Positions 50,200 to 62,439 of a stretch of 64,000 nt of DNA are shown here, in pieces (the stretch's first letter is position 1; each line of letters opens with the position of its first letter). Source of the DNA: Malacoraja senta. Taxonomy: Eukaryota. The DNA lies in contig CM075988.1 of NCBI GenBank assembly GCA_038087875.1, forward strand, positions 2,418,001-2,482,000. The letters are read 5' to 3'. The notes beneath the pieces are model-generated. The model ran no database searches and was not told where the DNA came from. It saw nothing but the letters and a program-made list of their open reading frames with translations. Position numbers and translations under genes: made by a program.

Positions 50200-51919
50200 C
50201 CATAGAAACATAGAAACATAGAAAATAGGTGCAGGAGTAGGCCATTTGGCCCTTCGAGCCTGCACCGCCATTCAATATGATCACGGCTGATCATCCAACT
50301 CAGTATCCTGTACCTGCCTTCTCTCCATACCCCCTGATCCTTTTAGCCACAAGGGCCACATCTAACTCCCTCTTAAATATAGCCAATGAACTGGCCTCAA
50401 CTACCTTCTGTGGCAGAGAATTCCACAGATTCACCACTCTCTGTTTGAAAAATTATTTTCTCATCTCGGTCCTAAACGACTTCCCCCTTATCCTTAAACT
50501 GTGACCCCTTGTTCTGGACTTCCCCAACATCGGGAACAATCTTCCTGCATCTAGCCTGTCCAACCCCTTAAGAATTTTGTAAGTTTCTATAAGATCCCCC
50601 CTCAATCTTCTAAATTCTAGCGAGTACAAGCCGAGTCTATCCAGTCTTTCTTCATATGAAAGTCCTGCCATCCCAGGAATCAGTCTGGTGAACCTTCTCT
50701 GTACTCCCTCTATGGCAAGAATGTCTTTCCTCAGATTAGGAGACCAAAACTGTACGCAACACTCCAGGTGTGGCCTCACCAAGACCCTGTACAACTGCAG
50801 TAGAACCTCCCTGCTCTTATACTCAAATCCTTTTGCTATGAATGCTAACATACCATTCGCTTTCTTCACTGCCTGCTGCACCTGCATGCCTACTTTCAAT
50901 GACTGGTGTACCATGACACCAAGGTCTCGTCTCGTTGCATCTCCCCTTTTCCTAATCGGCCACCATTCAGATAATAGTCTACGTTCCTGTTTTTGCCACC
51001 AAAGTGGATAACCTCACATTTATCCACATTATACTGCATCTGCCATGCATTTGCCCACTCACCCAACCTATCTAAGTCACCTTGCAGCCTCCTAGCATCC
51101 TCCTCACAGCTAACACTGCCCCCCAGCTTCGTGTCATCCGCAAACTTGGTGATGTTGCATTCATTTCCCTCATCCAGATCATTAATATATATTGTAAATA
51201 GCTGGGGTCCCAGCACTGAGCCTTGCGGTACCCCACTAGTCACTGCCCGCCTTTCTGAAAATGACCTGTTTACTCCTACTCTTTGCTTCCTGCCTGCCAG
51301 CCAGTTCTCTATCCACATCAATACTGAACCCCCAATACCGTGTGCTTTAAGTTTGCATACTAATCTCTTATGTGGGACCTTGTCGAAAGCCTTCTGAAAG
51401 TCCAGATATAACACATTCACTGGTTCTCCCTTATCCACTCTACTAGTTACATCCTCGAAAAATTCTATCAGGTTCATCAAACATGATTTACCTTTCATAA
51501 ATCCATGCTGACTTTGTCCAATGATTTCACTACTTTCCAAATGTGCTGCTATCCCATCTTTAATAACTGACTCTAGCATTTTTCCCACTACCGATGTTAG
51601 ACTAACTGGTCTGTAGTTTCCAGTTTTCTCTCTCCCTCCCTTTTTAAAAAGTGGGATTGCATTAGCTACCCTCCAATCCTCAGGTACTACTACAGAATCT
51701 AAAGAGTTTTGAAAAATTATCACTAATGCATCCACTATTTCTGGGGCTACTTCCTTAAGTACTCTGGGATGCAGCCTATCGGGCCCTGGGGATTTATCGG
51801 CCTTTAATCCATTCAATTTACCTAACACCACTTCCCGGCTAACCTGGATTTCACTCAGTTCCTCCATCTCATTTGACCCCCGGTCCCCTGCTATTTCCGG
51901 CAGATTATTTATGTCTTCC
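50200..51919 (-). mobile_element. CR1 LINE RT and 3' end, truncated by the gap
   Basis: ORFs 51867-50896 and 50914-50453 are highly similar to the 19297-22233 copy. A 5-bp GTCTC duplication near 50924-50933 shifts the frame. Confidence 0.96.
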
Positions 51920-52119
51920 NNNNNNNNNNNNNNNNNNNNNNNNNNNNNNNNNNNNNNNNNNNNNNNNNNNNNNNNNNNNNNNNNNNNNNNNNNNNNNNNN
52001 NNNNNNNNNNNNNNNNNNNNNNNNNNNNNNNNNNNNNNNNNNNNNNNNNNNNNNNNNNNNNNNNNNNNNNNNNNNNNNNNNNNNNNNNNNNNNNNNNNNN
52101 NNNNNNNNNNNNNNNNNNN
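51920..52119. other. Assembly gap (200 N)
   Basis: Run of N. Confidence 1.
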
Positions 52120-53709
52120 GACGGTGTCAATTTTATGGGCCGAATGGCCTAATTCTGCTCCTACAACTTATGAACTTTTGAGAACCACAGGAAGGAAACT
52201 GGTGGTGAGGAGGGGAGTAGATGGAGCATTGACCTTCTGTCTGAAGCGTTGTTCTGCTGGTGAACTGGGGAGAAATGCTCCTTACTGGGTTTCCACATCT
52301 ATTTCTGTTCATTTAGGGACAGGAGACTTCTTTAAATGAGAGCTCAATTCATCTGAGCCACAGCCTCCAATCTTTGCATACACCTCCACTGGACATAGTG
52401 CATGATTTGCTCACTTGCAGGAAAAGACAGTCATGTGGTACTCAGAATTCCCTTGTTATGTGTTGAGGTTCGTGATGCATGGTGTCACAAGGAAGGGTAA
52501 TGTTGGTTACATTGGGAAAATTAGTATGGCTGCCATTAAACAGGTGTCAGACCATGTGACCATTCAGAATGATTTGCTTGTGGGTTTTGCTACTGATTTC
52601 TGCTGCTACCCACATTATGAGTTGATTTGCACAGTGTTCCATCCTGCTCATGGTTCTGGCAACGTTGCTGCTGATTCCATTGAATCTGTGGATAGAGTGG
52701 AGATGTGTTCAAGTTTTATAGTGAACTTCCTTTGCTCCTAACTTTGACCCCTTTTTTTGTGTCAATTTTGTGCCTTTTTCCCCTTTGATGTCTTGCGATA
52801 CATATTGAGTCCAAATATGATTCCATGGCATATTTGTTATATGGCTCAGATCGCAAATGTTCGTCATTGAACTAAGTCTGTGAGTGTTCACAGCTGACTA
52901 TGGGAGATGAGCTGGATCCCAATGTCAGGGAAGAGTTCCAGAAGCCAACTGGTAATTTCGTGCAGCAACTGAGTTTGATTTATCTATCCAAAACTCCCAG
53001 TTGCTGAAACAGTGTACGGTTTTCTTCCCAACCAGTGGAGTCAGTCCCCTGTGCGCTGGGAATCATATCTGGGCGTTCTATTTGGCTTTACTGACTGGTG
53101 GAATTCTGTCCCTGTTCAGCAGCTACCAAGAAAACTTGCAGAAATAACTTAGACGGTGATTGAGGCTACTGATTTCTTATGACCATGATTAACACCTTTT
53201 ACTACTTTTTGTTTCATAATATCCTTGTAAAAACCTGTCAATAGCCGTCTTCTAAGTTCACTTTGTCCTAGGATTTGCAGCTTGGCGGAGATTGTTCCAG
53301 ATTCCTTTGCCAACAATTCCTGATTTCTCTTCATGTGTCAAGTATTCCATACCTTTCATTTAATGTTTTTTCTAAATACATACTTTATGGCTGAGAACTC
53401 CGGAGGAAGAAATCCTTGAAACAATCTTATTTAAAGAGACAATATAACCATTAAACATTTAAAACAATATTTGGAGACTTGTGTTTAAGACTTCAAAATA
53501 TTACCTCTTAACAATAACAAGACTGTGAAGAGCTCTGCATTCTCCAGCCATTTATCAGTGAATATTTTTCACAGATGGGCCTGTTATAATGAACTGGCAC
53601 ATTTTATTGGTTGGGGGGAGGGGAAACTTTGCTAGACGTTTCATCAAAGACTGCCTTAGGTCCTCTTTTTAACATTTATATAGTATAATAATTTGACCGA
53701 ATGTTAATT

Positions 53710-53737
53710 CTGAAGAAGGGTTTCGGCCCGAAACGTT
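53710..53737 (+). ncRNA. Minimal hammerhead ribozyme core in a Penelope-derived element (about 53705-53800)
   Basis: CUGAAGA-A-GGG(UUUCGG)CCC-GAAAC-GUU with palindromic AACGUU helix III. Confidence 0.55.
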
Positions 53738-54069
53738 ACCTATTTCCTTCGCTCCATAGATGCTGCTGCACCCGCTGAGTTTCTCCAGCATTTTTGTGTA
53801 CCGTTAATTCAGCAGGAGTGGGTTTGAAGTTCATACTCGGCTATATATTCCTACTCTCCCTATCACCTCATTTCAAATGTGCTGGCATATTCTGTAAGTC
53901 AGTCCTGAGAGTCCCTTGTGTTACACAATTATGTGGCTCCTCACCTATAATCCCTGCATCCCACCTCCCCCTGCTGCCTATGCATTAATTGTGGAGAAAA
54001 TTCTAGTAATAGCCTAATAAATGACGCAGACCCAAGAAATTGCAGATGCTGGAATCTTACGCAGAAAGA

Positions 54070-54325
54070 GATTAGAGATATTCCTTTATTTGTCATTCAG
54101 ACCTTTCGGTCTGAACGAAACTTTGTTGCCTGCAGTCATACATATAATAATAAATAACAAAACACACAATAAACACAAATTAACATCCACCACAGTGAGT
54201 TCACCAGGCACCTCCTCACTGTGATGGAGGCAAAAGTCTTAAAGTCTCTGTCTCGTCCCGCTTTGTTCTTCCTCTGCGCTGAGGCGATCCAGGCTTCTGA
54301 TGTTGTGACCCCGCCGGGTGATGGT
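54070..54325 (-). mobile_element. 5'-truncated internally deleted LINE derivative (copy D)
   Basis: Matches 62460-62700; hairpin arms at 54186-54199 and 54215-54228. Confidence 0.7.
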
Positions 54326-55599
54326 AAACAACATGCTAGAGGAATTCAACAAGTCAGGCAGCATCTGGGGACAGAATGGATAGGTGACATATTGGGTTGG
54401 AACCCTTCTTCAGTCTTCAGATATAAAAAGGACCAGAGAGGCACGTTTTTCCACACAAGGTGTAGTGGGTTTATGGAACAAGCTGTGGATATAGATGGAG
54501 AGGCAGGTATAATTATGTTTTAAAGTAGATAGAAGCAAAGTGCTGAAGTAACTCAGCAGGTCGGGCAACATCTCTGGAGAAAAGGAGTAGGTGGCGTTTT
54601 GGGTTGAGACCCTTCTTCCGGGTATTTGGATAGGTACAGGGAATAGAAAGGTTTAGCATGGCAGCGGCAGATAGAAGAAAAGAATGATGCCGTTGAGCGA
54701 GCTAATGTCTCACCTCCCGTGCCCTTGGAGGCTTTTGGGTATTCCGTGGTCAGCTGATGGAGGCGCCCTGGGACAAGAAGGGTGAGTGGTGGCCTTCTGA
54801 CACGAGGATCTGCGGAAGCATCGGTTGAGGGCACAACACATCGCCAGGCCAGGACGACCCATGTAAATCAAACCCAGTGCCGTCACCAGGACAACATGCC
54901 TTTATGGCCAAGATAGGACAAACATTTTTGAACAACTCTGAGCTAGAAGGGTACAATAATGGTGCTGGAACCGTGGTGACTCTTGGGCATACTGCCCCAG
55001 TATAATCTTCTATTTTACATTCTTGTACTTGTATGATTGTACCTGGGATTGTTTGTGAAATGAATGCAAAAAATAATTTCAGTGTACCTAGGTTACGGTA
55101 CATGTGACAATAAAGTACCATTGAACCATTGAGAGTGACATGGGCAAAATGCAGGCAAATGGCACAAGCTCAGGGAGACTTGGTTGTGATGGATTAGTTA
55201 GGTTGAGGGGCTTGTTTCCATGATTCAATCAAGAAAAACGATCTGACTAAATTCCTGTTTGAAAAGTCCTAAGCTTGTTCTCAAGGTTGAGAACTGCCCC
55301 GAATGTCTGGGTGTCCGTTCCTGCAGTAATTGTGACTAAGTACAAGTAGAATCAGAGTCGTGATTCTCCAGCATCATCTGGAGAATGTCAGCAAGACTTT
55401 ACACCACTGTTCATCCCATATGAAGTTGAGTGACAACAGTGTGACACATCTGATGGCACCTGTCACTCAACGTATCAGACTTCGAGCGGATCCACATGAG
55501 TCCTGGACCTATTCGTGTGCGAACAGCTAAATGCCACTGATCTTCTTGGGAATTGGCAGCAAGATTCAACTGATAAAAATAATCAGAATTTAAAAAATA

Positions 55600-55790
55600 A
55601 TACTTGAGGGATAAATATTGACGTTGAGAGCTCCCTATTCATTTTTGTAATATTGCCACGGGGCTTTTACATCCGCTTGAGAGGCAGCTGGGTCCTCGGC
55701 TTAATGAGTACTTGGCTTAATTCAAAGAGAGAAACTCTCCAACATGAATATTATAGGTAACTCAGCCAAGGTGCTGTGTTTGAATCATTT
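55600..55790 (-). mobile_element. Ancient Deu-domain SINE relic (SacSINE1/AmnSINE-like)
   Basis: TGCCACGGGGCTTTTACATCCGCTTGAGAGGCAGCTGGGTCCTCGGCTTAATG resembles the recalled Deu core. Confidence 0.5.
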
Positions 55791-56130
55791 GAAAAGAAAA
55801 TAACTTCAGACCAGGGGGAGTCGTTGCAATGAGTTGAGACAGGATTGATGTTGATGGAGGCAGTGGGGTCCGTTGTGCATTGATCAGAAGGGAAAGTGGA
55901 AGGTGAGAGTGGTCAAGTGAGAACCATAATAACAGCCTGTGAAAAACTCTGCAGATGTGTAAAAGGGAAAATATTAGCAGTGGTAATGTGGGTCCCTGAA
56001 GAGTGAGACATTATTTTGGGAAATAAGTAAATAGCAAAGGAATTCAACAAATATTTTATGCTGAAGGTAGACACAAAATGCTGGTGTAACTCAGCGGGAC
56101 AGGCAGCATCCCTGGAGAGAAGGAATGGGT

Positions 56131-56158
56131 GACGTTTCGGGTGGAGACCCTTCTTCAG
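56131..56158 (-). ncRNA. Minimal hammerhead ribozyme core in a Penelope-derived element (about 56065-56390)
   Basis: Minus strand CUGAAGA-A-GGGU(CUCC)ACCC-GAAAC-GUC: all core nucleotides, 4-bp helix II, GUC cleavage triplet. Confidence 0.6.
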
Positions 56159-57104
56159 ACTAGTCAGAGGAAAGGGAAACGAGAGATATAGACGATGATG
56201 TAGAGAGATAAAGAACAATGAATGAAAGATATTTAAGAAAGTAACGATGATAAAGGAAACAGCCATTGTTAGCAGGTACACAAAAATGCTGGAGAAACTC
56301 AGCGGGTGCAGCAGCATCTATGGAGCGAAGGAAATAGGCAACGTTTCGGGCCAGGGGAGTGGGTGGGACAGAGATAAAATGTAGTCGGAGACTACACACA
56401 AATATTTGATGCCAGTCTTCACCGAAAAAGACAGAAATCCTCCTGTGGAGGAGTGTATGTCTGAATATTCATAGGAATGTAATGAAAAGGACAAAGTGGT
56501 TAAAATATTCATTTTTGGCGCAATGAATGATTCTAAGAGGCAATGAATCCTGAAAAGTTAATGACCTACATTTCCAAGAGATGCCTATGCGAAGAATTAG
56601 TTATATTTTCTAACATGCTGTAGATTCTGGAACAAATTAGAAAGGAGCAAATTGTCACCTCACGATTTAAAAAGGGAGTGGAAGAGAAACTTGGAAATAG
56701 AACAGCAGTTAGCTTGAAATCAATAGGAGGGAAATGCTGGAATATATTCTTAAGGAAGTGCAAATGGGATACTTGGAAAACAAAATAAGAACTGGGCAGA
56801 GTTATTGTGGTTTTATGAATGGGCATTTTGGCATTTTTTAGGATTTTTGCAGAAGCAAACAGTGTATTTGGACTTCCGGAAGGCCTTTGTTAAAGCGCAA
56901 CGTGAGATTATTGAGCAAAATGAGAGAATATTGTGTTGAGGATTATATGCTAGCAAACTAGTTTGTGGATTAAATAATGGCCAAGAAGTAGAGTAAGAGT
57001 AAATGGGTAATTTTCACGTTGGTGTGTTGAGACCAGTGGGGTATTGCAGGGATCGGTGTAGGGCCTCAGCTGTTAATAATCTATGTCAATGATTTTAATT
57101 AATT

Positions 57105-57645
57105 GACTATTGTAATTGTAAGTAATTTATTAGCCAAGTATGGAAACCTACAAGGAATTTGATTTGCCAACAGTCATACAAAAAAAGCAACAACATACAT
57201 AACCACATAAAAATTAAACATAGACTTAAACAGCCACCACAACAGCGTGTGATAATCCCCAGGACACACAGCATAAGCAGAGACCCACAGCCATCAGTTC
57301 AATGCCCGGGCCACACACACGCTCCATCACCGTGATGTGACCAGAGTTGTAATGACCGCTGTCACTCTCTCTGCAGTCCCTGTCCCCCCGAAAAGTCAGA
57401 AAGCCGTCCACACTCGCACTAGACGGATGTCCTCATGGAGCCTTGTCCCCACAAAACACTGAGATCACTGCACTCACGGCACTCCCTCCTAGTCCTCACC
57501 AGTGCAGGCAGCACGTCCATCTTGTTTCTTCGCCGACCTCACATTCCCCACTGTGATGGAAGGCAAAACTTATACCTTCTTTCCTCCTTTTCTCCCGCGG
57601 TCGGGGTAATCGAAACTTCTGCAGTCGGGGCGATCGAAGCTCCCC
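57105..57645 (-). mobile_element. Internally deleted Rex/Babar-like LINE derivative retaining part of the APE domain (copy F)
   Basis: LPSITVGNVRS...NKMDVLPALVRTRRECREC...DGFLTFRGDRDCRES...GHITVMERVCGPGIELMAVGL...SHAVVVAV joined directly to a 3' tail with AATAAA and (TTACAA)n. Confidence 0.7.
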
Positions 57646-57649
57646 AGCA

Positions 57650-58778
57650 GTCGCTGGTTTGTGATAGCGCTACGATTTTTCACCAGTTCACTCACCGTTC
57701 TCCTGTGCTACGAGTGCGCCAAGTTTCGTTCCGATCGGTTGAATGTCGTAAAAGTTAGCGAGGTTTGAAAATCTTTAAAACCGCGCATGAGCAGATCGAT
57801 CTCTTCTGCCAGTCGGCACAGTGCGGATTCGTCTCTTTCTGTCACTCCCCGGGATGGTCCTCCCCTTCCTGCGCCATCACATCTTTACTGGAGCTGAGGA
57901 TGGCTGGCGGAGGTTTCCAACCAGACTTTCGGAGGGACCCGAAGCAGCCCCGCCCCAAGCAATAGCCCCATCCCGCCCCAAGACACAGCCCCCCCCCCCC
58001 AAAACTGCAGTCACACACCAAGCAGCAGACTAGCCCCAAGCAGCAGCCCAGCATCGGAGACCCTACCCAGCCCAGCCCGGAGTCGGAGATGTCGCCGATG
58101 TCGCCAAATAGAAAGTGGAGACTCTGATCCCGGCGGAGGAGAACGGCCAGCACCCGCTGTGAGTCCCCATCGCACTGCCAATTCCATCCATTACTTCTCT
58201 GGTCCCCCTCGCTGGCTCCTCCCCCCCTCCCCTGTGATGCCCCCCTCCCCCATGGCTCTTCCCCGTCTTTTCTCCGAGCTCACTCCCCCCCTACCCAAAC
58301 ACCCCTCCCCCACTCAACCCCTCCTCCCCCACACCCCCCCTGACGCACACCCCCCCAGCCCACACATCCCCCCCTACAAACACACAACACCCCGCCCACA
58401 CACACACCCCTCCCAGACACACACACCCCCACCCAGACACACACACACACTCCCACATCCCTCCTCCCCCTACCACACTCCTCCCACCCACATACACACC
58501 TCCCCCACACACCTCCACCACTCACCATACACCCCCCTCCCCCACACCATCCTCTGTCCCCTACACCTCCCCGTCCACACAGACCCCTCCTCCCCTCCCA
58601 CCCCACACCCCCCCGCCATGCACCCCACTTTCCTCCCCTCCCACACATGAAGAGGAGGGGGAGAGAGTGCTCGGGGATGAGGGGAAATGAGCCGCAGTTA
58701 GAGGCTATGGGTGAGTGGTGGAATATTGCGTTGGGAGAACGGGTGAGTGACCCAATGGGTCCCACTTAGTCTATCTAG
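57650..58778 (+). mobile_element. Non-autonomous Helitron with GC-rich cargo and a C/A-rich tract
   Basis: 3' hairpin GACCC-AAT-GGGTC at 58749-58761 then CTAG|T, matching the 26735 terminus. 5' end not resolved. Confidence 0.65.
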
Positions 58779-60146
58779 TGTGTAATATATCCCAAGGTTT
58801 GCTAATAATATAAAGCTAGCTGGCACTTTGAACTGTGAGAAGTATGCAGAGGCTTTGGGGGATATAAACAGGCTAAGTAAATGGACAAAGACATCTTGAA
58901 GGAATATATAAGAAAAAAATACAATGTTATACACTTTGGTGGAAAAAAAATAGAAATGTAAAATATATTTTAAATCGTGAGAGATTAATGGTTTTTAATG
59001 TTCAGAGGCGATCTGTGTCCTGGTCCACAGATTACTGATGCTCAGTCACTGAATATATTGGATTTTTAGAAATGAGGGAACTGAGGTATACGAGGTGAGT
59101 GCAGGAAACTGGCACTGTAAAAGATCACCCATGTTTCTGAGTTGGGGAGTGTGATTGAGGCACTCTATAAATGCCGTTTCTTGAGGGAGCACATCCTCTT
59201 GAGCTTTGTCTGCATTCAAATTCTCTCCCATGGACCCACTGTCAAATATTGAACAATTTTCCATTTAAACGTTACTCTCCAAACAATTTTGTCATTGATC
59301 CTAATTCCATCTAATTAATGTTAAACAGTTGTGCTAAAGATGGGAAATTCTTCACGTGAAGGATCCAACAGGATGAATGTTCGTCTCCTGTGTGTCAGGT
59401 GACCCTGGCTGTGTCCTTCAGCGGCCCAGATTTAGCAAACGTTGTCACGAGTCTGAGTATAAAGTGGAACTCTTCCCTTGCAAACCAAGTCCTGCCCTTT
59501 TACTGGAGGCACCACCAGCTTTTGAGCTTAGCATGCACTCTAGGTATTCGATGCTCACATCACTGGGCAGATCTGCTCAAGCTTCACTGCTGTGCTCGGG
59601 TTGCTTTTTTCGCATTTGTTTGTGACAGGCTCTTCATCCCAAGTGGTCCATGCCTCAGCTCAGCTACTCCCATATCCTTCAAATCCTTTCCTATCCATGT
59701 ACCTGTCCAAATATCTTTTAAATGTTTAGTTTAGTTTATTGTCACGTGTACCGAGGTACAGTGAAACGCTTTTCTTGCGTGCCAACCAAGTCAACAATGC
59801 ATGATTACAATCGATCCATTTACAGTGTATAGATACATAATAACGTTTAGTGCAATGTAAAGCCAGCAAAGTCCGATCAAGGATAGTCCGAGGGTTATTA
59901 AAGAGGCAGATAGTAGTTCATCACTGCTCTCTGGTTGTGGTAGGAGGGTTCAGTTGCCTAATACAGCTGGGAAGAATCTGGTGGTGCGCTTTCACACTTC
60001 TATACCTTTTCATTATAGCATTATACCAGCATCAACTACTTCCTCCGGCAGCTCGTTCCAATTACCTTGCACCCTCTCTAGTTCTTTATTCCCAAAACCT
60101 GAGAAAAAGACTCTGCATTCATCCTATCTATTTCAACAAGAATTTA

Positions 60147-62215
60147 CAGTGCCCTCCATAATATTTGGGACAAAGACCCATCATTTATTTATTTGCCTCT
60201 GTACTCAACAATTTGAGATTTGTAATAGAAAAAAAAAACTGTGGTTAAAGTGCTCATTGTCAGATTTTAATAAAGGCCATTTTTATACATTTTGGTTTCA
60301 CCATGTACAAATTACAGCAGTGTTTATACAGGATGCCCCCATTTCAGGGCACCATAATGTTTGGAACACAGCATTGTCATGTAAATGAAAGTAGTCATGT
60401 TTAGTATTTTGTTGCATATCCTTTGCATGCAATGACTGATTGAAGTCTGCGATTCATGGACATCACCAGTTGCTGGAAGTCCTCTCTGGTGGTGCTCTGC
60501 CAGGCCTGTATTGCAGCCATCTTTAGCTTATGCTTGTTTTGGGGGCTAGTCCCCTTCTCTTCAGCATATAAAAGTCATGCTCAATTGGGTGCAGATCGGG
60601 TGATTGACTTGGCCTATCAAGAATTGACCATTTTTTAGCTTCGAAAAACTCCTTTGTTGCTTTAGCAGTATGTTTAGGATGTTTAGGATCATTGTCTTGC
60701 TGTAGAACAAGTTAGGTCTTTATTCTTTGGAGCGCAGAAGGTTAAGAGGGGACTTGATAGAGGTCTTTAAAATTATGAGCGGGTTAGACAGAGTGGACGT
60801 GGATAAGCTTTTCCCATTGAGAGTAGGGAAGATTCAAACAAGGGGACATGACTTGAGAATTAAGGGACAGAAGTTTAGGGGTAACATTAGGGGGAACTTC
60901 TTTACTCAGAGAGTGGTAGCTGTGTGGAATGAGCTTCCAGTGGAAGTGGTGGAGGCAGGTTCGATTTTATCCTTTAAAAATAGATTGGATGGGTATATGG
61001 ACGGGAAAGGAATGGAGGGTTATGGTCTGAGTGCAGGTAGATGGGACTAGGGGGAAGTAATTAATTTTTAAAAAAAGTGTTCGACACGGACTTGAAGGGC
61101 CGAGATGGCCTGTTTCCGTGCTGTTATGGTTATATGGTAGAATGAACTGCCGGCCAATGAGTTTTGAGGCATTTGTTTGAACTTGATCAGATAGGGTGTG
61201 TCTATACACTTCAGAATTCATTATGCTACTACCATCAGCAGTTGTAACATCAATGAAGATAAGTGAGCCAGTTCCTTCAGCAGCCATACATGCACAGGCC
61301 AAAACACCCACACCACCGTGTTTCACAAATGAGGTGGTATGCTTTGGATCTTGGGCAGTTCCTTCTCTCCTCAATACTTTGCTCTTGCCATCACTCTGAA
61401 ATAAGTTAATCTTCGTCTCATCTGTCCATAAGACCTTTTTCCAGAACTGTGGGTACGCTTTTAAGTACTTCTTGGCAAACTGTAACCGGGCCATCCTATT
61501 TTTGCAGCTAACCAGTGGTTTGCATCTTGCAGTGTAGCCTCTGTATTTCTGTTCATGAAGTCTTCTGCGGACAGTGATCATTGACAAATCCACACCTGAA
61601 TAGTGTTTCTGATCTGTCGAACAGGTGTTTGGGGGATTTTTCTTTATTATAGAGCAAATTTTTCTGTCATCAGCTGCAGAGGTCTTCCTTGGCCTGCCAG
61701 TCCCTTTGCGATTAGTAAGATCACTAGTGCTCTCTTTCTTTTTAATGATGTTCCACACAGTTGATTTTGGTAAGCCTAAGGTTTGACTGATGTCTAACAG
61801 TTTTATTCTTGTTTCTCATAATGGCTTCTTTGACTTACATTGGTACAACTTTGGTCCTCATGTTGATAAACAGCAATAAATGTTTCCAAAGGTGAAGGAA
61901 AGACTGGAGGAAAGACTAGGTGCTGAGAGCTCTCTGATACCTGCATTAAAGAGGCATTTAAGCACACCTGAGCGATTACAAACACCTGTGAAGCCATGTG
62001 TCTCAAACATTATGGTGCCCTGAAATGAGGGGACTATGTATAAACACAGCTGCAATTTCTACATGGTGAAACCAAAATGTATAAAAATGACATTTAATAA
62101 AATGTGACAATGTGCACTTTAACCACATGTGATTTTTTTCAATTACAAATCTCAAATTGTGGAGTACAGATAAATAAATTATGGGTCTTTGTCTCAAACA
62201 TTATGGAGGGCACTG
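60147..62215 (-). mobile_element. Second copy of the IR/DR Tc1 family, interrupted by a CR1 and itself nested in an older CR1 (about 59620-62325)
   Basis: TA duplication, same TIRs as 10879-13280, transposase ORF from 61758 (KVLWTDETK, KHGG). Confidence 0.95.
60708..61136 (+). mobile_element. CR1 3' fragment inserted in the Tc1 transposase
   Basis: GTAGAA duplicated at 60702-60707 and 61137-61142; same subfamily as 40925-42280. Confidence 0.92.
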
Positions 62216-62439
62216 TATATACCTCTATACAATTCCCCTTCATGATACTGCACTCCAAGGAATAAAGTCCTCACCTGCCCTATAATTCAGGCCCCTGAGT
62301 CCGGATAACTTTCTCGTAAATCCTGGGGCGGAAAGCAGTGATTTTTCTCTTGAAATCTGCTTCTGGTGGATGAAACATTTCCTTTTATAATCCTGGATCA
62401 TTTTTCAAAAAAAGTTCACTTGTTAAATGCACCATATAA

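Noticed and set aside
58159..58765. Pro/His-rich and Gly/Val-rich ORFs
   Set aside because: Low-complexity C/A tract.
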